A stretch of DNA of 64,000 nt from Octopus vulgaris (Eukaryota). A program made the position numbers and the translations under genes. This document shows, one piece after another, positions 1 to 11,930 of this stretch; within the stretch, counting starts at the first letter, position 1; the number at the start of each line of letters is the position of its first letter. The notes beneath the pieces were generated by a model. It did no database searches. It saw only the letters and a list, made by a program, of their open reading frames with translations, and was not told where the DNA came from. The stretch spans positions 9,548,001 to 9,612,000 of the forward strand of contig OX597842.1 of the NCBI GenBank assembly GCA_951406725.2, given 5' to 3'.

Positions 1-124
1 AAAAATTATTCCTTAACAAGCATAGTGAATATATCTGTCATTCCTTCCTTTTAAACACATAATGAAGATTTATTCTCTTAAGTATCTTCGAGTAATTCTT
101 CAGTTTATGCTAAATTGTTTTTAT

Positions 125-285
125 TATATTTCGTATTTGGATTTGGTTTGCAAGATTCTTTATATGAGTTCGTGTGTTGAAGCATATTCTGTTGTGTCTG
201 GGGAGAGTCGTTTTCTTTTTGTGACTTATAATGTAACACACTCACCGGTAAAATTCCCACTTATTTCTTATTTTTATTTCCCTAT
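125..285. repeat. Dispersed repeat fragment (unclassified); second copy at 880-1028
   Basis: TTTCGT.TT.GGATTTGGTTTGCAAGATTCTTTATATGAGTTCGTGTGTTGAAGCATA recurs at 880-938; the remainder recurs inverted at 939-1028. Confidence 0.8.
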
Positions 286-315
286 TTTTTATTATGATAC
301 GACATACAATCAAAA

Positions 316-361
<46 letters not shown>

Positions 362-364
<3 letters not shown>

Positions 365-492
365 GGTGTCCCCCAAAAATGTATACACACCTTAAATAAT
401 TGTAAATTTGTTATTCTTTGTAAGCCTAGTACTTATTCTATCGTTCTCTTTTGCCGAACCACTATGTGTATACATTTTTTGGGGACACCCTG
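362..492. mobile_element. Tc1/mariner-type MITE with captured SINE fragment
   Basis: TIRs CAGGGTGTCCCCCAAAAATGTATACACA / TGTGTATACATTTTTTGGGGACACCCTG in TA context; interior 411-463 matches SINE family A. Confidence 0.8.
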
Positions 493-799
493 TATATATA
501 TATATATATATTAGCAAAATTTAGATTCAGATGAATATGGTACTTAAGTTAAAGGCACCAGAATTTGGTAGGGTATTATCCATATATATCAAATGGGGTA
601 ATTATAATCAAAATAAGCAACAAGGATATACCCTGGATATCGTTGATTTTTCATATTTTACCCTTACATTTCCACGTGTATTTTATATTTTCTTTTTGTA
701 ACATATTTCTACTATATATATATATACATACATATCCAACATGCCTGTATACACTGCACACAAAGACCCATTCTGCTAATGATATACATACATACGTGC

Positions 800-883
<84 letters not shown>

Positions 884-1054
884 CGTTTTGGGATTTGGTT
901 TGCAAGATTCTTTATATGAGTTCGTGTGTTGAAGCATAAAAATAAGAAATAAGTGGAAATTTTACCGGTGAGTGTTTTAAATAATAAGGCACTAAAATAG
1001 AATCACTCCCCCCAGACACAACAGAATATATATATATACATACATACATACATG

Positions 1055-1106
<52 letters not shown>

Positions 1107-1579
1107 CACGTGTGTGTTTGTGTATATATATAATGCATGCGTAAATTACATGGGGTAATTAATAACAAGCATGACATAATAAATTATACAATAATAATTA
1201 TTTATACATAGGAACAAGACAAGCGGACAAACAAACGTATAGTATTTATAGTATGTGTATATATATATGTGTGTGTGGATGTATGTTGGTAGGTATATGT
1301 ATATATTTATGTATTTGTATACGTATGTATGAATGAATGAATCTAAACATGTATAGATGTATATATATGTATATAAATATATTACCGCAACGTGCTCGTC
1401 TATGGTGGTGGTTCAATTATCGCCTCTTGCTTAATTAAGGCGTCGGATCGTTGTCCGTGAGATGGCAGTAATACAGATGTAAACATCGCAGGACGGAAAT
1501 TTGAAATATACATATATACAGTGGGAGGAAATAAATATTTGTACATGTCAAAATTCTTTATTTATTTGGCAATCGCCTA

Positions 1580-2013
1580 TTTGGCAATCTTTCGTCTCTA
1601 GTAGACCTTTCCGTCGATTTCCGTAAAAAATTTTTTTTTTTTTTACATATGGGCTTGCGGGAACTTTTGAAGTAATATACATACATATACACATACACCG
1701 AGTAAAAAATTTCTGTTATCTCTTTCTTTCACACATTACTCTCTCTCTGTCTCTTCACACACACTAACAGAAGCACTTCACTTACACAACATACTGTCTG
1801 TCTCCCAGACCCCATCAAACACACACACACACACATGTACATCAATGCTTCCCCTGGACGGTAACTTCAAAAGAACTTCCCTCGTCATAAAATGGCTTTC
1901 TCTTAGTCTCTTTCGCTCTCATTACTTCAAAAGTTCCCGCAAGCCCATATGTAAAAAAAAAGTTTTTTACGGAAATCGACGGAAAGGTCTACTAGAGACG
2001 AAAGATTACCGAA
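1580..2013. mobile_element. MITE with ~95-bp terminal inverted repeats
   Basis: 1580-1675 (TTTGGCAATCTTTCGTCTCTAGTAGACCTTTCCGTCGATTTCCGTAAAAAA...TTTTGAAGTAAT) is the near-perfect reverse complement of 1921-2013. Confidence 0.85.
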
Positions 2014-2243
2014 CATAAATGGGGTACAGTAATACTTAAGAAGAGTGGTCTCGGTGCGCGCACTCGCGTCTCGCGCATCCGCGCTAGCTAGTCGTGACTA
2101 GTCGATCTTTCGTGTTTTTGTGTTTTACTCTCTTTACTCTTTTACTTGTTTCAGTCATTTGACTGTGGCCACGCTGGAGCACCCCCCTTTAGTCGAGCAA
2201 ATTGACCCCAGAACTTATTCTTTGTAAGCCTAGCACTTATTCT

Positions 2244-2657
2244 GTATCTTTTCGGTTTGACCGGCAGTTTTTTAAAATAATTTCCACGTAACTAAACACT
2301 TTTAAACTTCGTATACTGCTAGAATGTGTTTATAAAACATCTTTTTCTCTTGGCTTTATTGAGAAAATTCTATAGTTTGTAAGATATTTGTTGTTGTTTT
2401 TTCTTCAATTTCTGCAATTTCAACCAATCACTGACGTCTATTGAGGTGAAAACATTCTGTGCCGTATGAATATGTCCCTCGTTTAAGAAACAGATTGGAT
2501 TTATTTACATTTGTGAAGAAAAAAATATGCCCTTCCCCCCACCCCTAACCCTAAAACAGATTGAAATGCAATAGATCGATACTAGGGTCATAATTATGGG
2601 TGACAATTTCATATGACACTGCTATAAAAAAACTGCCGTTCAAACCGGAAAGGTCCC
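2244..2657. mobile_element. MITE with ~28-bp TIRs abutting a SINE A fragment
   Basis: GTATCTTTTCGGTTTGACCGGCAGTTTTTT ... AAAAAACTGCCGTTCAAACCGGAAAGGTCCC. Confidence 0.75.
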
Positions 2658-3285
2658 TATATTTGCATACACATGCATAAACTAAGAATAGGCAAAAGAA
2701 ACTAATAAATTATAGTAACTAAGGAGTTTATCGATTTGCTCGACTAAAGGCGGTGCTCCAGCATGGCCGCAGTCAAATGACTGAAACAGGTAAAAGAGTA
2801 AGGGAGAGAATTATGGTGCTATTTAAGAAGGGTGGTCCCGGAGCGTGCACTCGCGCTAGCTAGTCGTGACTAGTCGATCCTACAACGCAAAACAGACCGA
2901 TAGATTAATACTAGGCTTCCAAAGAACAAGATAAGGACAAATATCCGTTGAATGTAAATAATGTAAATAATATACATAATTCCTCATCTCTTAAATAGAG
3001 ATCTGTATTGAGAGTTCTTAGTGTAGTTGTAGCAGCAGATAAAGCCCTGTTAGTTTCTTGCCAGCCACTGACTGTTTGTTGTTTTTGTGTTGTCTGCTGT
3101 CTCTGTTGGCCAACTCTTTGTGTTGTCAATGTACTGTCTGCTGAATCCCAAAGTTCTCTGTCCAGTGTGCTGAATTTATACTAGTTGATAGGCTCAGAAG
3201 GAAACACACCAAAGGATAAAGTTGTCACTGGAGTCTATCTCACATGAAGCCATGATTGGTCAGATTTTCTTGATCATGTAGGTAC

Positions 3286-3680
3286 TATTCTTATTTCTTT
3301 ATTGCCCACAAGGGGCTAAACATAGAGGGGACAAACAAGGACAAAGGGATTATGTCAATTATATCAACCCAGTGCATAACTGGTACTTATTTAATCGACC
3401 CCGAAAGGATGAAAAGCAAACTCGACCTCGGCGGAATTTGAACTCATAACGTATTTCTTTACTACCCACAAGGTGCTAAACACAGAGAGGACAAAGGACA
3501 GACAAACGGATTAAGTCGATTATTTTGACCCCAGTGCATAACTGGTACTTAATTTATCGACCCCGAAAAGATGAAAGGCAAAGTTGGCCTTGGCAGAATT
3601 TGAACTTAGAACGTAACGGCAAACGAAATACCACTAAGCATTTCGCCCGGCGCACTAACATTTCTGCTAGCTCACCGCCA
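3286..3680 (-). mobile_element. Two adjacent copies of SINE family B (Meta-domain-like core)
   Basis: Reverse complement of GGCGAGCTGGCAGAA...GAGTTCAAATTCCGCCGAGGTCGACTTTGCCTTTCATCCTTTCGGGGTCGATAAATTAAGTACCAG...TAAAGAAATA. Other copies: 16613-16781(-), 20243-20472(+), 45873-46057(+), 48029-48262(-), 55030-55397(-). Confidence 0.85.
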
Positions 3681-3799
3681 TGTGGGTACTAATCTAGCAA
3701 ATCGAAACATCAGGTGATTTCTGAATATTTCCGCTACATGTCAAACAAATTTCCAGTCTATTGTTTTCTCCTCTCTGCACTTGGAGATTGATATGAATA

Positions 3800-4660
3800 A
3801 GTTCACCTCTTGATCTTTCTCTGGCCATGCAAGGGTCAAGATACATAATTCTGGAAGAATCTTTTCTTCTCAGCTGACCTGCATTAATTATCAAACATAA
3901 ACAGCCAAATATTAAGTCCACCTCTTTTGGTCATTTCAGCAACTGACCAAGAAGCAGATGTACAGTGATAGAAATTTTATTGAATAACTTGACCTCTTGA
4001 TCTTTCTCTGGCCATGGAAGGGTCAATATAGATAATTATGGAAGAATCTCTTGTTCTCAGCTGACCTACATCAATTACCAAACATAAATAAACAGCCAAA
4101 TATTAAGTCCAAATCGCTGACGTGGCTGATGACAGTACCACCTAATTAGCACTTGTGCCAGTGGAACATTAAAAGCACATCCGAATGTGATTGTTGCCAG
4201 GGCCACAGATTGGCTCCTGTGCCGGTGACACATGAAAAGCACATTCGAGCCTGATCATTGCCAGAGTTACCCTACCAGCATATGTGCCAGTGGCACGTGA
4301 AAAACAACATTCAAGCATGGTCGTTGCCAGTGCCGCCGGACTGGCTCCTGTGCAGGTAGCATGTAAAAACACCTTTTGAGCGAGGTCATTGCCAGAACCT
4401 CCTGACTGGCCCCCATGCTGGTGTCATGTAAAAGCACTCACTACACTCTCGGAGTGGTTGGTGTTAGGAAGGGCATCCAGCAGTAGAAACTTTGCCAGAT
4501 CAAATTGAGCCTGGTACAGCCTCTCGCTCACCAATCCTCAGTCAAACCTTCCAACCCATGCCAGCATGGAAAGCAGACGTTAAATGATGATGACTTCTTT
4601 TGGTCATTTCAGCCACTGACCTAAGAGTAGATATGCAAAGACAGAACTTTTATTGTCTCT
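3800..4660. repeat. ~188-bp local tandem duplication; second unit interrupted by an RTE 3' end (4111-4593)
   Basis: ACCTCTTGATCTTTCTCTGGCCATG at ~3805 and ~3992; unit 2 resumes at 4594 (CTTCTTTTGGTCATTTCAGC) after the (GAT)n tail. Confidence 0.8.
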
Positions 4661-4674
4661 AGATGCTTGTACGT

Positions 4675-5358
4675 GGAGGCACAATGGCCCAGTAGTTAGA
4701 GCAGTGGACTCGCAGTTGGAGGATCACGGTTTCAATTCCCAGACCAGGCGTTGATTGTGTTTATTGAGCGAAAACACCTAATGCTCCATGAGGCTCCGGC
4801 ATGGAGGTGGTGGTGACCCCTGTTGTACTCTTTCGCCCTCGTTCTTCCTGTTTCTTGAGTAATGCTGTGATGGACTGGCGTCCCGCTGGGGTGAACACAT
4901 ACGTCACAGAAACCGGGAAACTGGACCCATGAGCCTGGCTAGGCTTTAAAAAGGGCACATAAATAAAATAAAGATGCTTGTATAACTTCACTCTTTCCCT
5001 TCTCTTCAGCAGCACAGACAGTGGCGGAGCAATGGCCCAGTGGTTAGGGCAGTGGACTCGCGATCAGAGGATCGTGGTTTCGATTCCTAGACCAGGCGTT
5101 GTGAGTGTTTATTGAGTGAAAACACATAAAAGCTCCACAAGGCTCCAGCAAGGGGTGGTGGCGATCCCTGTTGTACTCTTTTGCTCCAACTTTCTCTCAC
5201 TCTTTCTTCCTGTTTCTTGTCCCCAACTTCCTACGCAACCGCTGAGCCTGGATGTGCATTCATCCATCCGTCAATGCTCTCAGTGTCGGGGGTTGACCTG
5301 CTTTCTCTTCTGTGGGTCTTACGAATAGCAAAGGACCACGTTTCGGACTCTCCCACTA
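4675..5358 (+). mobile_element. Two copies of tRNA-derived SINE family D (probably the tRNA-Arg-related octopus OR type)
   Basis: Head GGAGGCGCAATGGCCCAGTGGTTAGGGCAGCGGACTCGCG...GGTTTCGATTCC (A and B boxes). Other copies: 10679-11049(+), 18805-19102(-), 26440-26660(-), 49486-49730(+), 63020-63210(-). Confidence 0.8.
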
Positions 5359-5363
5359 CAGAC

Positions 5364-5520
5364 AGGAGTGGCTGTGTGGTAAGTAGCTTGCTAACCAACC
5401 ACATGGTTCCGGGTTCAGTACCACTGTGTGGCATCTTAGGCAAGTGTCTTCTGCTATAGCCCCTGACCGACCAATGACTTGTGAGTGGATTTGGTAGACG
5501 GAAACTGAAAGAAGCCTGTC

Positions 5521-5615
<95 letters not shown>

Positions 5616-5830
5616 TGTGTCTGTGTTTGTTCCCCTAGCATTGCTTGACAACCGATGCTGGTGTGTTTTACGTCCCCCGTCACTTAGCGGTTCGGCAAAA
5701 GAGACCGATAGAATAAGTACTGGGCTTACAAAGAATAAGTCCCGGGGTCGATTTGCTTGACTAAAGACGGTGCTCCAGCATGGCCACAGTCAAATGACCG
5801 AAACAAGTAAAAGAGTAAAAGAGAGAGAGA
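5364..5830 (+). mobile_element. Full-length SINE family A with internal (TA)n(TG)n microsatellite
   Basis: AGGAGTGGCTGTGTGGTAAGTAGCTTGC...GGTTCAGT.CC head; tail GGTGCTCCAGCATGGCCACAGTCAAATGACCGAAACAAGTAAAAGAG. More than 20 full or partial copies, e.g. 16509-17079(-), 23190-23593(-), 25538-26260 (head-to-head pair), 28681-28997(-), 45720-46700, 51213-51640, 52093-52445, 54222-54610, 56222-56630, 61080-61860. Confidence 0.9.
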
Positions 5831-6239
5831 GACAATCCTGAGGCGCGATCTTGCGAGCCCTGGGACGAAAACCGCTTCGCTCAACAAACAAAGAAACAAA
5901 CAGCGCAGACATGAAACTTGTTCCCACACAGAATGAACAATGAAACCACTGAATATATTTAAATGCATTTATAAACGATGTTTTCACAAGCAATTTGCTG
6001 CAGTTGCTAATTTTAAAATGTAACAAACATTATAATACATATTAAATAAATGGCCATCGTAATAATTAATTAATTGTTCTTCACTTAATCATTTCTCAAA
6101 AGCCTTTTGTTGTTTAATCATCATTGTTACGCCCAACATACACTTTCAGTTTCAAGCCTATTATTGTTAGAGGAACAGGATATGTACTAAGTAGTCTGGG
6201 GTGAAGTATGGCTGAACTTGGGATTTTGGTGGGAGAATG

Positions 6240-6887
6240 CTAAAATTGCCAAGAAGGCTGAGGGTGTCTTGGCATCACTCACCAAGTCCTTTGTGAGCCG
6301 CTCTTCGGCTATCTATCTGCGGCTTTATATAGCTATGGTGCGGCCTCACCTTGCTTGAAAGGGCTTAGATATTATAATTCCATTAGTGTGGCCTCACCTG
6401 GAATTTGCATCACTGGTCTGGAACCCCTATCTTGCCCAGGATATTAATCGACCGGAAACCGTTCAGCGATGTGCAACCAAGAGAATACCCTCCATCAGGC
6501 ATTTGCCATATTCTGAACGCCTTACTTCCCAGGGCATGGATACATTGAAACTCCGAACCCTGGCAGCTGACTTGGCAGACACCCATAAAATTATTAACCA
6601 TCGTACAAACAATAACTCTGAGCACCTTTTCAAGAAGGCTGAGGGTGTCTTGGCATCACTTACCAAGTCCTTTGTGAGCCACTCTCCGGCTATCTATCTG
6701 CGGCTTTATATAGCTATGGTGTGGCCTCACCTGGAATTTGCAACACCGGTCTGGAACCCCTATCTTGCCCAGGATATTAATCGTCTGGAAACCGTTGAGC
6801 GACGTGCAACCAAGAGAATAACGCTTTACTTCCCTGGGCATGGACACATTGAAACTCCGATGTCTGGCAGCTGACTTGGCAGACACG
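6240..6887 (+). pseudogene. CR1/L2-clade LINE ORF2 C-terminal fragment, tandemly duplicated
   Basis: Translation LYIAMV(R/W)PHLEFASLVWNPYLAQDINRLETVQRRATKRIP...YSERL matches the CR1/L2 RPHLEY..VW.P...LE.VQRRATK motif; the segment restarts at 6631. Confidence 0.85.
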
Positions 6888-7250
6888 GTCAAAGCAATAT
6901 GTGCATATAATTTTCATCCAAGGACTGTTTTATATATATATACACACACACTCACATACACACACACACACACACATACATATATATGTGTGTGTGTGTG
7001 TGTGTGTGTATCTGTGACTGTGTTTGTCTTCCCACCCACGCTGGCAAGCAGTATTGTTGTGTTTATGTCTCTGTGACTTAGTGGTTCAGCAACAGAGACC
7101 AATAGAATAAGCAGCGGGCTTTAAAAAGAAAGAGAAAATCACTCACTACAGGTATTAAAAACGAAAAAAATAAAAAAACATCTTGAATACCAAAATTTGA
7201 TATCAGAATATTAATTATATTGGGTGTTCCAATTAACAATTACATTCCAG

Positions 7251-7342
7251 GCATGTTTATTAGCATGTGGTTCTTGCAGATTTTATAGGTGTTTTAGTTG
7301 TCTGATACGATTGGCTTCAGAAGAAGACCTACCTTGTAAAAG
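7251..7342 (+). other. Candidate isolated 92-nt exon
   Basis: Acceptor TTACATTCCAG and donor AAG|GTATGT; one open frame (ACLLACGSCRFYRCFSCLIRLASEEDLPCK). No homology recognised. Confidence 0.25.
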
Positions 7343-8679
7343 GTATGTATTATAGTAACCCAGAACTGTCTTCAAACAATGTGGGATAAAACTATCTTGT
7401 TTATCTAAGGTTAACTTGAAATTCTAGGTATTACAAAAAAAATTTACATTAATTCATCATCATCATCATCATCATCGTTATCGTTTAACGTCCGCTTTCC
7501 ATGCTAGCATGGGTTCGACAAAGAATAAGTCCTGGGGTCGATTTGCTCGACTAAAGGCGGTGCTCCAGCATGGCCACAGTCAAATGACTGAAACAAGTAA
7601 AAGAATAAAAGAAAAAGAAAGGAAAAGGAAAGTAGAACTCTTGATTGGTGGGCTGGCCCTGGTGACAATTTCCTGAAGCACAATACTGTAGATCATCATC
7701 ATCATCATCACCATCATCATCATCATCGTTTAACGTCTGCTTTCCATGCTAGCATGGGTTGGACAATTTGACTGTGGGTTGGCGAACCAGATAGCTGCAC
7801 CAGGCTCCAATCTTGATCTGGCAGAGTTTCTACAGCTGGATGCCAACCACTCCGAGAGTGTAGTGGGTGCTTTTACATGCAACCAGCACGGAGCAAGTCA
7901 GGCGGCATTGGCAACGACCTCACTCGAATCTTTTACACATTCCACCAGCACAGGTGCCAGTAAGGCGACGTTGGTAACGATCATGCTTGAATGGTTTCTT
8001 TTACGTGCCACTAGCACAGAGGCCAGATAGCCGCTCTGGCAACGACCTCGCTCGGATGGTGCTCTTAATACCCTACTAGCACAGGGCTCGAGTGCCAGTA
8101 ATGTGACGCTGGTAACAATCACGCTCGAATGGTACCTTTTAAGTGCCACTGGCACGGAAGCCAGTTATCCGCTCTATCAATGATCACACTCGTATGGTGC
8201 TCTTCACACCCCGCTAGCATGGACACCAGTCATCGAATTTGATTTTGATTTTTTTCATTAATTCGTATATATAGATATATATATATACAAACAAAACGCC
8301 CCCCCATCCAATGGATGGTGCTGAGTTGTCAAACATTTAAACCAAATGTTCTCAAAACAACTTGTCTGACCGTCCCATAGGCCTCCCCTTTGAGAAACAC
8401 TGATTTAACCTAAATTTGAGACACCAGCAAAAGAAGAAATAAAGATAGACTTTTTTCTATTCCAAAGAAAAACGATTTTATTCACACAAATATGCAACCG
8501 AAGAGTTTAAAGTACCAGTAATGATAAGGCTGTTGACTGGGAGAACACAAACATGGTTTAAATAGTAAGCTTGGCAGGGAAGAAATGTGCCTTTAAGCAG
8601 TACAAAAACAACAAAAAGTGGAAGGTGCAGTTACGTACTGGTTGACAGAAGAAAAGCAGGACAAAAGCGGCTTTATCGA

Positions 8680-8838
8680 TCGCATTCTCACCTGGAATCG
8701 ATTTTTGTAATTTTTTCAAGACTTATACATGCCCTGATACCATTGGTATCTACATATCAAATTTGAGCGCAGTTGGATGGAGGATGCCCGAGATCCTAGA
8801 AGACACACACACACACAGAACGGATTTTATATAAGAGA
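8680..8838 (-). mobile_element. Helitron-like 5' end fragment
   Basis: Minus strand starts A|TCTCTTATATAAAATCCGTTCTGTGTGTGTG, the same style as the 5' end of the Helitron at 49042. Confidence 0.5.
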
Positions 8839-9180
8839 TATGGTTCAGCAAAAATTTAGATTCAGATGAATATGGTACTTAAGTTGAGGACCAGAATTTA
8901 GTACAGTATTATCCATACAATTTCAAAACAACAGACTATACTGTTGTAGGTACAACATGTTCTTTGTCTCTCTCCTTAACTTCTTGGAGATTTTAGGTAT
9001 AATTATACTAATGAGTCCATCTGTTCTAATTTAATTAAATTCTAAGTCTTTGTGCAGCTGAAGATTGCTCTACATTTTAAATTGATGTAATGATTGCATT
9101 GTTCAGTTAAATGGAGTTGCATAAAACGATCCTAATGCATTACCTCTGGATATCCTTGTTGCTTATTTTGATATATGTAT

Positions 9181-10181
9181 CATCATCATCATCATCATCA
9201 TCATCATTTAATGTCCGCTTTCCATGCTAGCATGGGTTGGACAGTTTGACTGAGGACTGGTGAACCAGATGGCTACACAAGACTCCAATCTGATCTGGCA
9301 GAGTTTCAACAGCTGGATGCCCTTCCTAACGCCAACCACTCCAAGAGTGTAGTGGGTGCTTTTACGTGCCACCAGTATGAGGGTCAGACAAGCAGTACTG
9401 GCAACGGCCACACTCAAATGGTGCTTTTTACGGGCCACCTGCACAGGAGCCAGTCCAGCGGCACTGGCAATGACCTTGCTCGAATGTTTTTTCATGTGCC
9501 ACCAACACAAGTACCAGAAGGCAATGCAGGTAACGATCACACTCAAATCGATCACGCTTGTATGGTACTCTTAGCGCTCCACTAGCATGGATGCCAGTCA
9601 TCGAATTTGATTTTGATTTCAATTTCACTTCGCAAGCAGAGTTTAGTGTCCAATGAAGGAAAGGTACGCACAGGTGGGCTGGTTATACCCCTGGCATAAG
9701 CCACAAGGTTATGGTCTCACTTGAACTTGCCGAGTTTTCTCAAGCACAGCATATTTCCAAAGGTCCCGGTCACTGGTCATTGCCTTGGTGAGGCCCAATG
9801 TTCGAAGGTTGTGTTTCACCACTTCATCCCAGGTTTTCCTGGGTTTACCCCTTCCACAGGTTTCCTCAACCGCTAGGGTATAGCACTTTTTCACACAGCT
9901 ATCCTCATCCATTCTCGCCACATGACCATACCAGTGCAGTCATCTCTCTTGCATACCACATCTGATGTTTCTTAGGTCCAGCTTTTCTCTCAAGGTACTT
10001 TCACTCTGTCGAGTATGCACACTGACATTACACATCCATCGGAGCATACTGGCTTCATTCCATGCAAGCTTACGCATGTCCTCAGCAGTTACGGCCCATG
10101 TTTCATTGCTATGTAGCATGAGTGTTCATACACATGCGTCATACAGTCTGCCTTTTACTCTGAGCGAGAGGCCCTTTGTCA
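9181..10181 (-). mobile_element. 5'-truncated RTE-clade LINE (ORF C-terminus, 3' UTR, (GAT)n tail)
   Basis: Translation KGLSLRVKGRLYDACV*...ETWA...MLRWM...LHWYGHVARM...RGKPRKTWDEVV with in-frame stops. The same 3' UTR occurs alone at 4111-4593, 7693-8250(-), 17568-18190, 19110-19302(-), 21875-22392, 27235-27475 and 46743-46981(-). Confidence 0.9.
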
Positions 10182-11046
10182 CTTCTTATTTTATAAATTT
10201 TTATATAAATTCTGTATGCACTAACAGATTTCTACATGTGTATCCAGCAAAAGGAATAGTCTTACTGTATGATGCATCATGGCATATGGTTGCCGATAAC
10301 TGCATAGGAGCTTTGAATAGCACATTATTAGATTATAACCCAGATGATATCATGTGTGTATTCTTTTATTTGTTTCAGTCATTTGACTGTGGCCATGCTG
10401 GAGCACTGCCTTTAGTGGAACAAATTAACCCCAAGCCTTATTCTTTGTAAGCCTAGTACTTATTCTATTGGTCTCTTTTGCTGAACTGCTAATGTTACTT
10501 GGATGTAAACACACCAATATCGGTTGTCATGCGATGGTAGGGGGACAAATGCAAACACACAAACACATATATATGTGTATATATATATATCTGAAAAATC
10601 AGAGAAATCTTGATATTAATTAAATTAATATTCAATTTATCTCCCTCATTATTTAAATGTTTATATATATATATATGTGGAGGTGCAATGGCCCAGTGGT
10701 TAGGGCAGCGGACTCGCGGTTTCGATTCCCAGACCGGGCGTTGTGAGTGTTTATTGAGCGAAAACACCTAAAAGCTCCACGAGGCTCCGGCAGGGGATGG
10801 TGGTGATCCCTGCTGTACTCTTTCACCACAACTTTCTCTCACTCTTACTTCCTGTTTCTGTTGTACCTGTATTTCAAGGGGCCGGCCTTTTCACTCTCTG
10901 TGTCACGCTGAATATCCCCGAGAACTACGTTAAGGGTGCATGTGTCTGTGGAGTGCTCAGCCACTTACACATTAATTTCATGAGCAGGCTGTTCCGTTGA
11001 TTCGGATCAACCAGAACCCTCATCGTCGTAACCGACAGAGTGCTTC

Positions 11047-11092
<46 letters not shown>

Positions 11093-11102
11093 AGATTGAA
11101 GT

Positions 11103-11145
11103 CCACCTGAAGATTGTCGATCAAGACAAGAAACGATTGTAGTGG
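11103..11145 (+). ncRNA. Minimal type I hammerhead ribozyme
   Basis: CCAC-CTGAAGA-TTGTC(gatcaa)GACAA-GAAA-CGATTG-TA-GTGG: stems I and II perfect, near-palindromic stem III, GUA triplet. Confidence 0.8.
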
Positions 11146-11269
11146 CGGTTTTTTTGACTATTTATTAAAATTTTATGTATTGATTAAGTCTTTCCTTGTT
11201 TGTTTTGCAAAATAGTGGTTTTGTCTCTAATAATATTTTATATATATATATATATATATGCATATATAA

Positions 11270-11785
11270 AAAGACTCAAGAGATTAAGACTCTATTCATT
11301 AGAGCGTAAGTGAGAAAGATATACCATAAAATACATCTGGAAGATCCTGGAAGGACTTGTCCCATACTTTGGCATCGAGAGTTACAAAAATACTAGAACT
11401 GGGTACCACTGCATAGTGCCAAGGATCCAAATTTGCCATCAAGATGTACAACAAGATACTGCAATAGCCTGGGCTTCAGAGGTCCACATCTCTTCACTAT
11501 CCTCCCGAAGGACCTGAGAGACCTGCATGGGGTGAACGTAGGTGTCTTCAAAATAAAGCTGGACCTCTTACTGTCAAGTGTCCCAGATGAACCAACTTCA
11601 TGGCAGGAGGTGCAGATGAGAGTGGCTGCATCAAACTCTCTCATGCACCAAATGGCAATTGCTAAAAAGCATTCGTGAAGTAAAATTATGTAGCAACACC
11701 AAATGGCGGTGCCCCAGCATGGCCACAACTCGTGAGCTGAAACTAGATGAAATAAAATATAAATAAAATAAAATAAAATAAAATA
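11270..11785 (+). mobile_element. CR1-clade LINE 3' end (ORF2 C-terminus plus 3' tail)
   Basis: RLKRLRLYSLERK*ERY..KYIWKILEGLVP ... NSLGFRGPHLFTILPKDLR...VFKIKLDLLLSSVPDEP, then GGCGGTGCCCCAGCATGGCCACA...CTGAAAC and (AAAAT)n. Confidence 0.85.
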
Positions 11786-11930
11786 TAAATATATATATGT
11801 GGATGTATGGATATATATATATATGTATTTATATGTGTGTGTGTGTGTGTGTGTGTATACATATATATATATATATATGATGGGCTTCTTTCAGTTTCCA
11901 TCTACCGAATCCTCTCTCATATATATATTG

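Noticed and set aside
1381-1500. CpG-rich patch as a minus-strand exon
   Set aside because: Weak donor, a short ORF ending in a stop, and no supporting acceptor or promoter.
2540-2555. CCCTAACCCTAA telomeric repeat
   Set aside because: Only two units, internal to a MITE.
4675-4745. SINE heads as tRNA genes
   Set aside because: A and B boxes are present but there is no complete cloverleaf, and they continue into SINE bodies.
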